Source: Opitutia bacterium (lineage in GTDB: Bacteria > Verrucomicrobiota > Kiritimatiellia > CAIQIC01 > Lenti-01). From it: a stretch of DNA of 64,000 nucleotides. Under the pieces are notes generated by a model. The model was not told where the DNA came from. It worked only from the letters and a program-made list of their open reading frames with translations, and made no database searches. Position numbers and translations under genes: made by a program. Shown here one piece after another: positions 47,586 through 55,223 of this stretch; within the stretch, counting starts at the first letter, position 1, and each line of letters begins with the position of its first letter. The stretch is from contig SABN01000001.1 in the NCBI GenBank assembly GCA_009928955.1, positions 11,994 through 75,993 on the forward strand, written 5' to 3'.

Positions 47586-48205
47586 GCGGAGGTCTCCACC
47601 ACGCCGATGAACCCCTTTTTCAAGAGGGATCCGATGAATTCATCCACGTCCTTCTCCACTTGGGCGCGAGCCGTTCCCTCGCAGACTTCGCACAGGTGCG
47701 CCACCACCTCGGCCTGCGTGCGGGGCGCCGCCAAAAACGTCCAGATGGCCACCGCGACGGGATTGATGACCTCGATCGAATCCGTGTCCGGATTGAACAA
47801 GATCCCCCCGTCGTCGTCCTCCTGGCGGAAGGAGACATCGGGATTCACCAGGAATTTCGCTGCATTCATCGGCTCCGGCCTTTCCATTTTCAAATCCACC
47901 ACCCGCCGGACGATGCCGTGGCGCTCCATTTCCCGCAGCGCCTCGGCGATCGGCGCCAGCATCTCGCGCGCCGGAACCCCGCATCCGGCGGCGACCGCCC
48001 AGGCAATATCCTGCACCGTCCGCTCCCCGTCAAGGAGCTCCAGCAATTGTTTCGACCGTCCGTTGACTTCGCGCAAGTGAAGGGAGTCGCAGAGCAACAC
48101 CAGCGACCGGTCCCCGAAGTCTTCGATCGCGGTGTCGTCCCGAAGCCTGAAGCGCAGGTGACAGGGGTCAGGAGACCGGGGACAGGAAGAATCAGTCATG
48201 GCCAC
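47582..48205 (-). CDS. tandem PqqD-family (two RRE-like domains) protein
   Basis: Two PqqD-like halves are present. The first runs DFGDRSLVLLCDSLHLREVNGRSKQLLELLDGERTVQDI. The second runs FRQEDDDGGILFNPDTDSIEVINPVAVAIWTFL...EVVAHL. The first ~14 codons lie in the cassette inverted repeat, so the start is uncertain (GTG 48205 or ATG 48199). Confidence 0.75.
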   Translation of the reverse strand: MAMTDSSCPRSPDPCHLRFRLRDDTAIEDFGDRSLVLLCDSLHLREVNGRSKQLLELLDGERTVQDIAWAVAAGCGVPAREMLAPIAEALREMERHGIVRRVVDLKMERPEPMNAAKFLVNPDVSFRQEDDDGGILFNPDTDSIEVINPVAVAIWTFLAAPRTQAEVVAHLCEVCEGTARAQVEKDVDEFIGSLLKKGFIGVVETSA

Positions 48206-48665
48206 ACAGGAAAGGAGTTGGCGCCTTAATCATGGAGCCTATCATTTTTCCAACTTCACGGTTGAGCGCTATCAAAACGCGATGCTCATCGGGAGTCAAG
48301 CAGCCACAGTCCCGCGTGAAATCGAGCGCGGTATCCGTTTCGTTGTTTTCGCCGTCGCAATCGGTCAGCTTGGACACAAAATGCGCCTCATATCTACCCT
48401 TAGCCCAAGCCTCGCGGAGGTTCAGACAAACTGAGCGGGAAGATCGGCGAATCTGGCTGGTCAGCGCGAATCTCGCTTCTGCAGGAAACCGTTTGGAGCA
48501 TTCGAATACCCGCATCGCCAAATCATATGCCTTCTGGTAAACGGTAAGATCTTTAATGGTCTGCACAGCCATGGCGGTCGCCTGTCTCCGATTTCCTGTC
48601 CCGCCCCCCCTGTTCCCCGTCCCCGGTCGCCTGTTTCCTGACTGCCTCCTGTCCCCGGTCTCCTG
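48169..48665 (-). mobile_element. 497-bp cassette: four-helix-bundle gene bracketed by a 19-bp inverted repeat (IVS-like insertion)
   Basis: Segment 48169-48187 (caggagaccggggacagga) is the exact reverse complement of 48647-48665. There are extra direct copies of ccccggtc[g/t]cctgtttcctg at 48618-48640 and 48650-48672. Confidence 0.45.
48192..48572 (-). CDS. four-helix-bundle protein (23S rRNA intervening-sequence protein / Avd-like family)
   Basis: It reads DLTVYQKAYDLAMRVF...QIRRSSRSVCLNLREAWAKGRY.AHF.SKL, the family signature. GC is visibly lower than in the neighbours. Confidence 0.88.
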   Translation of the reverse strand: MAVQTIKDLTVYQKAYDLAMRVFECSKRFPAEARFALTSQIRRSSRSVCLNLREAWAKGRYEAHFVSKLTDCDGENNETDTALDFTRDCGCLTPDEHRVLIALNREVGKMIGSMIKAPTPFLCGHD

Positions 48666-50070
48666 TTTCCTGGAGGAACCGCCGATAACAGCAATCCGGA
48701 TTGGCCACGTACAAATCGCCGGTGCGGGTGTATTCGACGGCCGGGCACCCCCCGCTGCAGTACGGAATCCATTCGCAGCCCGCGCAACCCGGCACCCGGT
48801 CCATCGGGATGCGCCCGCGCCCGCGCATTTCCTTCAGCAGCGGATGATCCTGCCAGATGGCGCGGACGGGCGTCTCGCCGATCCTTCCCAGCGAGGCGGC
48901 CGCCAGCATGTTGCAGGGAACGATCATGCCGTCGTGGTGGACCGCCAGCTTGGCGAACATGCATCCGCAGGAGGAAAGGCATCCCATCTTCCAGCGGCGG
49001 CAGGGTTGCCCGGTGGCCTTGGCCTCCTCCATCTCCCGGAACATGTGCCACAGGGCCAACGATCCGGCCGTGGCCTGGATGCGCCCCGGATAGGTCTTCT
49101 CCAGCCGCGCCAGCGTCTTCATCGCGACCGGCCGCTGTTCCGGAGTCAGCCCGATGCGGTCCTGATTCGAGCATCCCGTCCCCATGGCCATCGCATCGTT
49201 GGTGCCGATCCGCGCCAGCCCGATTTCGTCGAGCAGCAGCCGGACCGTGTTGTCCAGATCGTCCACGTTGTGCCGGTTGACCGTCACGCGGGCCGTCGCC
49301 GGAAAACCCGCCGCCTTCAGCAGCCGCAACCCGCGGATCGCCTTCTCGAAACTGCCTTTTCCCCGGGAAGCGTCGTGGACCGCCGCGCAGGAACCATCGA
49401 TCGAGATCTGGATCGAGTCCATCCGCCGGTGGCGCCCCCGCTCCCTGAACCGGTCCAGCGTCTCCTCCGTGATCCGCGTGCCGTTCGACAGGATGCCGTA
49501 GCGCATGCGGGCCGCCACGAGGCCGTCGATCAGTCGCCACACGTCGTCCCGCATGAAGAGTTCGCCGCCGCTGAGCGTCAGGCTCCGCACGGCCAGGGTT
49601 TTCAACTCGGCGAAAAAGGCCAGCCATGTCTCGGCGGGGAGATCCCGCCGCCCCGCCATCTCATCGGCGTAGTAGCAATAGGCGCACCCCAGATTGCACC
49701 GGCCGGTCAGGGAAAGGTCCAAGCTCCGCGGCGCCTCGTGGAGCCATGAATGTTCTTCCGGCGGAAGCGGCTTCGGACTTGGGGCGCCGGCGGCGGCGGC
49801 ATAGCCGCCGCGCTTCAGCTCGTCCGCGAACGAGGCGGCATCCGCCCGGATTTCATCCGTCACGGGAATTTCAAACCGGCGGGCCAGCGCGGCGGCCAGG
49901 TCCTCCGTCCGCGCCCTTCCGTCCATGGCGTCCCAGAGCATCCGCCCCGAGGCGTTGATCACCTTCTCCCGGCCCGTGTCCGGATCGAAGAGAATGGCGT
50001 TGTCCCCCTCCCGGCAGACGGAAATCTGCGGCTTCCGGAACCAAAAAGCCGTGGGTTCCGGAGGACTCAT
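48553..50070 (-). CDS. radical SAM/SPASM peptide maturase with N-terminal PqqD/RRE-like domain
   Basis: The N-terminus is ISVCREGDNAILFDPDTGREKVINASGRMLWD (PqqD-like). It has the CNLGCAYC motif and a SPASM region ending ...CCYRRF. The last ~37 codons (ETGDRG...) are encoded by cassette repeats. ATGA overlaps the upstream sugar dehydratase stop. Confidence 0.88.
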   Translation of the reverse strand: MSPPEPTAFWFRKPQISVCREGDNAILFDPDTGREKVINASGRMLWDAMDGRARTEDLAAALARRFEIPVTDEIRADAASFADELKRGGYAAAAGAPSPKPLPPEEHSWLHEAPRSLDLSLTGRCNLGCAYCYYADEMAGRRDLPAETWLAFFAELKTLAVRSLTLSGGELFMRDDVWRLIDGLVAARMRYGILSNGTRITEETLDRFRERGRHRRMDSIQISIDGSCAAVHDASRGKGSFEKAIRGLRLLKAAGFPATARVTVNRHNVDDLDNTVRLLLDEIGLARIGTNDAMAMGTGCSNQDRIGLTPEQRPVAMKTLARLEKTYPGRIQATAGSLALWHMFREMEEAKATGQPCRRWKMGCLSSCGCMFAKLAVHHDGMIVPCNMLAAASLGRIGETPVRAIWQDHPLLKEMRGRGRIPMDRVPGCAGCEWIPYCSGGCPAVEYTRTGDLYVANPDCCYRRFLQETGDRGQEAVRKQATGDGEQGGRDRKSETGDRHGCADH

Positions 50071-51965
50071 GCCGGCGGGGCGGACGGGGCCGGCGTGTAT
50101 TCCGGCGCGATTTCCTTCAGGGAAGCCTTGATCCGCGCCGCGTCGAACGTGCTGGCCTCCGCCACCAGCCGGTCCACTTGGCCGCGGATGCGCCGGTCGA
50201 ATTCGGCGGCTTCCGCATCGCGGGTGCGCTTGAGCACCATGATCTTCTCGTGCGCCGTTTCCACGATGCCTTCGCCATGGGTGATGAGCTCCTCGTAGAG
50301 CTTCTCGCCCGGCCGCAGGCCGGAATACACGACCTGGATGTCCTGGTCGGGAACCTTGCCGGACAGCCGGATCATGTCCCGGGCCATGTCCGCGATCCGC
50401 ACCGGCGTGCCCATTTCCAAGATGAAGATTTCACCGCCCTCGCCCATTGCGCCCGCCTGCAGGATCAGCTGGCAGGCTTCGGGGATCATCATGAAATAGC
50501 GCGTCATCTCCGGATGCGTCACCGTCACCGGTCCGCCATCCTGGATCTGCTGCTGGAACAGGGGGATCACCGACCCGGAGGATCCCAGCACGTTCCCGAA
50601 ACGCACGGCCATGAACCGGGTTTTGCCGGGCGCGCGCGCCTGCAGGAGGATTTCCGCCACCCGCTTGCTGGCGCCCATCACGCTGGTCGGCCGGACGGCC
50701 TTGTCCGTCGACACCTGCACGAAGCGCTCGACCCCGAAGGCCTCCGCCACCTCCATCATCACCCGGCTGCCGGTCACGTTGTTGAGCACGGCCTCCCACG
50801 GATTCAATTCGACCATCGGCACATGCTTGCAGGCCGCGGCATGGAACAGCACGTGCGGACGAAACCGGTCGAAGATGTTCTCCATCAATGCCCGGTCCTG
50901 GACCCGGCCCAGGACGGGATGCAAGGCTTCGAACCGGTTCTCGGTCCGCAGCTCCATTTCAATCTGATACAGGTTGAATTCGTTGGCCTCGATCAAGACG
51001 AGGGCCCCCGGATTGAATCGCAAAATCTGCCGGCACAGCTCCGAACCGATGGAGCCGCCCGCGCCCGTCACCGCCACCGTCTTGCCGGTCAGGCAGCGCC
51101 CAATCCCCGCATAGTCCAGTTGCACCGGAGACCGGCCCAGGATGTCTTCGTACTTCACTTCCCGGACATCGCTGACCGTGACCTTGCCATCGACCAGGGA
51201 GCCCAGCGACGGCAGCGTCTTGAACGGCAGCCCCGACGCCTTGCAGGCGCTGACGACCTGCCGCATGTCGTTGCCCACCACCGAGGGCATGGCGATCAGG
51301 ATTTCATCGGCCTGGAAGCGGCTCACGAAAAACAGCAACCGGCTGATCGGCGCGCGCACCGGCACTTCCAGCAGCGTCTGCCCATGCTTGCGGACATCGT
51401 CGTCCACGCACGCCACCACGTCGTAGCGCGAACGCGGATTCCCCTGGATTTCCCGGATGATGCTGGCCGCCGCATCCCCCGCCCCGAGGATCAGCAGGCG
51501 GACTTGCCGGACCGGCAGGCTGTCGTCGTCGTCGCGGTTCCAGAACTTCAGCAAGGACCCCTGCTTCGTGCACAGCATCCGGATGCCGATCCGGAATCCC
51601 CCGCAGAAAAACAGCGTGAAGATGCAGTCCGCCAGAAAGACGGACCGCGGATATCCCTTGAACTGCTGGAGGATGGTCAAGCCGGTCATCAGGGTCAACG
51701 TGGCCAGCGCCGAGGCCTTGGCCAACCGCAGGGCGTCGGGAATGCTTGTATACCGCCACATGCCGCGGTAAACCCCTGCCGCGAGGAAAACCAGCGCCTT
51801 CACCGGCAAGAGCCACGGAAGGAGGAAGAGGATTCGCCGCCACTCCACCGCCGGAATGTCCAAGGAAAAGCGGATGGAGTAGGCCAAGATCAGCGAGGCG
51901 GCGAAAAACGCCAGATCCGCGCCCAGAATCACGTAGAAATTTCGGTTTTTGAATTGCTGAAGCAT
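50067..51965 (-). CDS. membrane-bound UDP-sugar 4,6-dehydratase (CapD/PglF/WbpM family polysaccharide biosynthesis protein)
   Basis: The start is at MLQQFKNRNFYVIL (ATG 51965). It has 4 N-terminal TM segments, two Rossmann motifs (LILGAGDAA, VTGAGGSIG) and the STDKAV motif. Confidence 0.88.
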   Translation of the reverse strand: MLQQFKNRNFYVILGADLAFFAASLILAYSIRFSLDIPAVEWRRILFLLPWLLPVKALVFLAAGVYRGMWRYTSIPDALRLAKASALATLTLMTGLTILQQFKGYPRSVFLADCIFTLFFCGGFRIGIRMLCTKQGSLLKFWNRDDDDSLPVRQVRLLILGAGDAAASIIREIQGNPRSRYDVVACVDDDVRKHGQTLLEVPVRAPISRLLFFVSRFQADEILIAMPSVVGNDMRQVVSACKASGLPFKTLPSLGSLVDGKVTVSDVREVKYEDILGRSPVQLDYAGIGRCLTGKTVAVTGAGGSIGSELCRQILRFNPGALVLIEANEFNLYQIEMELRTENRFEALHPVLGRVQDRALMENIFDRFRPHVLFHAAACKHVPMVELNPWEAVLNNVTGSRVMMEVAEAFGVERFVQVSTDKAVRPTSVMGASKRVAEILLQARAPGKTRFMAVRFGNVLGSSGSVIPLFQQQIQDGGPVTVTHPEMTRYFMMIPEACQLILQAGAMGEGGEIFILEMGTPVRIADMARDMIRLSGKVPDQDIQVVYSGLRPGEKLYEELITHGEGIVETAHEKIMVLKRTRDAEAAEFDRRIRGQVDRLVAEASTFDAARIKASLKEIAPEYTPAPSAPPA

Positions 51966-52059
51966 AGGGAAAACCACTTTTACCCGAACTCCGGAGTCGC
52001 CGCTTCCGAACAACCGAGGATTATACGTCCCCCTCTCCCCCGAAAACAACAGGGAAATA

Positions 52060-52497
52060 TCAGCGGGGGGGGATTTCCCGGTTTTGGAGAAACCGCCCCA
52101 TCCCCCACCAGAACCCGACGGCCCCGACCCCGTTGGCGACCGCATCGGCCCAGCTGAACGTCCGGACCCCGCCGCGGAGGGTCAACTGGAGGATTTCCAT
52201 CAGCAGCCCATAGCCGATGGCCGCCGCCGGCAGAAGCCAGCGGGGCGATCTGGCCTCTTCCAGCTCGGCCGCCCAGCGGAACAAGGCCCCCAGAACCCCG
52301 TACATCGCCACATGCGCCCACTTGTCCGCCCCGGGAATCTGGGCCAGGGACGGGGGGAACCGCCATGCCGGAAGGAGGGAAAGCACGGCGATCAGCGCCA
52401 TATGGATGGCGCACGCCCAGCGGCGAAATCCGGTCGGCACCGCCAGCAATCGGATTCGCCACCGTTGCAGAAAGGATCTGGGCTGCTGCTGCGCCAC
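52060..52497 (-). CDS. VanZ-like family membrane protein
   Basis: It is a small 4-TM protein with DKWAH and SWADAVAN motifs, typical of VanZ-like proteins. Confidence 0.65.
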   Translation of the reverse strand: MAQQQPRSFLQRWRIRLLAVPTGFRRWACAIHMALIAVLSLLPAWRFPPSLAQIPGADKWAHVAMYGVLGALFRWAAELEEARSPRWLLPAAAIGYGLLMEILQLTLRGGVRTFSWADAVANGVGAVGFWWGMGRFLQNREIPPR

Positions 52498-52516
52498 GGT
52501 TCCCCTCCCCTGCCGA

Positions 52517-53653
52517 TCAGGGCCGCCGACTCCGGACGATATCGCACACGCGGTCCAGATCGGCGTCCGTCATCGCGGTTCCCGAGGGCAGGCAAAGGCC
52601 TTGCGCGAACAATTTCTCGCTGACCGCCTCCTGTCCTTTCCGGAACGAGCAGCCCTTGAACACCGGCTGCAGATGCATGGGTTTCCACACCGGCCGGGCC
52701 TCGATGTTTTCGGCTTCCAGCGCCTCCCGCACCGCATGCGTATCCGCCCCGAACGCCGCCGGATCGATCAACGCCACCGTCAGCCACCGGTTGCTCCGGC
52801 ATCCTGCGGGTTCCGGCATGAAGGAAAGTCCCGGCAACCCGCCCAAGCGCGCCTGGTATCCGGCAGAGATTTCGCGCTTCCGCTGGACGCGCTCGTCCAG
52901 AACCTCGAGCTGTCCGCGGCCGATGGCCGCCAAGATGTTGCTCATCCGGTAGTTGAACCCGATCTCCGTGTGCTCGTACCACGGCGCAGGATCGCGGGCT
53001 TGCTGGGATAGCTTCCTCGCGTGGTCGATCAATTCCGTGTCGTGCGAGGCCAGCATCCCCCCGCCGGACGTCGTCATGATCTTGTTCCCGTTGAAGGAAT
53101 ACACCGCCGCCCACGCATCGGCACCGGCGTGCCGCTCCTGGATCCTCGCCCCCATCGCCTCGGCCGAATCGCAGAGCACCGGAATGCCATGGCGGTCGCA
53201 AATCGCCCGGATCCGGGGCAGGTCGCAGGGTTGCCCATACAGGTCGGTCGGAATCACCGCCTTGGGCAATTTTCCGCGCCGGGCCGCGGCATCAATGGCT
53301 TGCTCCAGCAGCGCCGGATCCATGTTCCAGCTCGATTCGTCGCAGTCGATGAACACCGGCTCGGCGCCTTGGAACGTCACCGGCGTGACGCTGCCGATGA
53401 ACGTCAGCGTCGACGCCATCACCTCGTCGCCGGGACCCACGCCCAGATGGCGCAACGCCAGATGGGTCGCCGCGGTGCCGCTGGACAGCGCCACGCAATG
53501 CGGAAGGCCCGTATAGGCGGAAAATTCCTTCTCGAACGCATCCACCATCGGCCCCAGCGGCGCGATGTAGTTCGACGCGAACGCCTGCCGGACGAAGTCC
53601 GGCTCGCGGCCCCCCATGTGCGGAGGCGAAAGAAACAGCCGTGGATTTTTCAT
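52517..53653 (-). CDS. DegT/DnrJ/EryC1/StrS (PglE-like) sugar aminotransferase
   Basis: The start is at MKNPRLFLSPPHMGG. It reads SSGTAATHLAL and SFNGNKIMTTSGGGM, which contains the PLP Lys. Confidence 0.9.
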   Translation of the reverse strand: MKNPRLFLSPPHMGGREPDFVRQAFASNYIAPLGPMVDAFEKEFSAYTGLPHCVALSSGTAATHLALRHLGVGPGDEVMASTLTFIGSVTPVTFQGAEPVFIDCDESSWNMDPALLEQAIDAAARRGKLPKAVIPTDLYGQPCDLPRIRAICDRHGIPVLCDSAEAMGARIQERHAGADAWAAVYSFNGNKIMTTSGGGMLASHDTELIDHARKLSQQARDPAPWYEHTEIGFNYRMSNILAAIGRGQLEVLDERVQRKREISAGYQARLGGLPGLSFMPEPAGCRSNRWLTVALIDPAAFGADTHAVREALEAENIEARPVWKPMHLQPVFKGCSFRKGQEAVSEKLFAQGLCLPSGTAMTDADLDRVCDIVRSRRP

Positions 53654-53679
53654 GGCGTCAGCATCCTTTGTCCATCCCA

Positions 53680-54366
53680 TCAGTAGCGCATGGCTTCCTG
53701 CTCCATGCGAGCGGAAAATCCGGCGTAATCCAAGCCCAGGCGAGCCTCCCACCCCATGCGCCTCACCGCGCCGGGGAACACCGTCGCCAGCACGTATCCG
53801 ATGTCGCGCCAGAAGGAGCCGGCCACCATATATTCCCGGTTGATCCGCAGCTTCTCGGGATAGACCACCGCGTCGTTGAACGCCTTCGGATCCCGCGCCA
53901 GCGCCAACAGGCGCTCCTCGTCCCGGAACAGCAGCGTCGCGGGGCCGGTGATGCCGGGAAGCAATTCGAGGACGACGCGGTCTGCGCCTTCCAGTCGGTC
54001 CGCATAGCCGGGCACGTCGGGCCGCGGCCCGACGAACGACATCCGCCCCGTCAGCACGTTCCACAATTGCGGCAATTCGTCCAGCTTCCACCGGCGCAGG
54101 AACCGCCCGACCGGCGTGACCCGGAAATCCGCCGCCGTCGTGACCGATCCGTGCGCATCCGCCCCCACCCGCATCGTCCGGAACTTCACGCATCGGAAAG
54201 CTTTTCCATGTCGTCCCACGCGCATCTGGATGAACAGCGCCGGCCCGGGCGAGGTCGCGCGAACCGCCATGGCCACCAGGAGCATGATCGGCGACAACAG
54301 GACAAGCCCCGCGAAGGCGGCCGCAAAATCAAAAACCCGCTTGGGAATCCACCATCGCTTGTTCAT
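53680..54366 (-). CDS. small undecaprenyl-phosphate sugar phosphotransferase (PglC/WbaP C-terminal type)
   Basis: It reads KRVFDFAAAFAGLVLLSP, KFRTM, DELPQLWNVLTGRMSFVGPRP. The start is at MNKRWW (ATG 54366). Confidence 0.88.
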   Translation of the reverse strand: MNKRWWIPKRVFDFAAAFAGLVLLSPIMLLVAMAVRATSPGPALFIQMRVGRHGKAFRCVKFRTMRVGADAHGSVTTAADFRVTPVGRFLRRWKLDELPQLWNVLTGRMSFVGPRPDVPGYADRLEGADRVVLELLPGITGPATLLFRDEERLLALARDPKAFNDAVVYPEKLRINREYMVAGSFWRDIGYVLATVFPGAVRRMGWEARLGLDYAGFSARMEQEAMRY

Positions 54367-55223
54367 GACGCGTGCCCGCCGGAACCCAAGGGGTGCGATG
54401 GCCAATGGGCCTGTTCTGCGATCTGGACGGCCAAGGTCGTTTCGAATTCCCGCAGCATCTGGCGGAATTTCGCCTCGAATCCCCGCCGCCCCAGCCCCTG
54501 GTGCAACCGCGTCTTCAGCGGCAAGGCGTAGCCCAGATGCGCGAACTCGTCCGGATCGAATTCATAGGGATGGCAATAGGCCATGAAAACCTCTCCGGCC
54601 AGCACCGCCCTCTCGACCACCCAGCGGATGCACGGGAACGGAAGGAGCCGGTGATAGCCCCCCCCCGCCACCGGTAGCTGCCGCCCTAGCACCCGCAACG
54701 TCGCCACCGGCAATTCCACCAAGCTCCGGCCAGCGCTCAATTCCAGCCGGACCGGCTGCGCCGGGAAATCGGGCACCCCGAACCGCGCCAGCACCGCCGG
54801 ATTGATGCTGGCGTCATAAACGAACCCCTCCTCCGCCAGGATGTCCAGCGCCCACAGCGATTCCTTCACGATGGAGAAGTCCGGGGCGCGATACCCCTTC
54901 ACCGGCATCCCCGTCATGGCCTCCAGTTGGCCCTTGGAGCGGCGAAGGTCTTCCCGGAATTGCGTGGGCGAAAGCCGGAACACGTCGACATGCCCGAATC
55001 CGTGCGAGGCGACCTCGTGTCCTTCCGCGGCGATCCGCTTCACGCACGCCGGAAATTTCTCGGCGAACTTCCCCAGGATGAAGCAGGTGGCCTTGGCGTT
55101 TTCCTCCGCCAGCACATCCAGCACATGCTCCATGTTGGGCCCGGCGCGATCCGGGATGGGCATCTCGGTGTCCAGCGTGGACTGCGCCCAGTCTTCCACA
55201 TCGATGGTGCAAACCAACGGCAT
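54363..55223 (-). CDS. polysaccharide deacetylase family protein (PEP-CTERM-locus subtype-like)
   Basis: It reads TIDVEDW, ASHGFGH and YRAPDFS. The overall layout matches the deacetylase subfamily found in exosortase EPS loci. That assignment is family recall and was not searched. Confidence 0.82.
   Translation of the reverse strand: MPLVCTIDVEDWAQSTLDTEMPIPDRAGPNMEHVLDVLAEENAKATCFILGKFAEKFPACVKRIAAEGHEVASHGFGHVDVFRLSPTQFREDLRRSKGQLEAMTGMPVKGYRAPDFSIVKESLWALDILAEEGFVYDASINPAVLARFGVPDFPAQPVRLELSAGRSLVELPVATLRVLGRQLPVAGGGYHRLLPFPCIRWVVERAVLAGEVFMAYCHPYEFDPDEFAHLGYALPLKTRLHQGLGRRGFEAKFRQMLREFETTLAVQIAEQAHWPSHPLGSGGHAS

Noticed and set aside
48192-48572. Four-helix-bundle (Avd-like) genes as markers of a diversity-generating retroelement.
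   Set aside because: No reverse transcriptase gene and no template/variable repeat pair occur anywhere in the window. The flanking repeats are inverted stems, not TR/VR.
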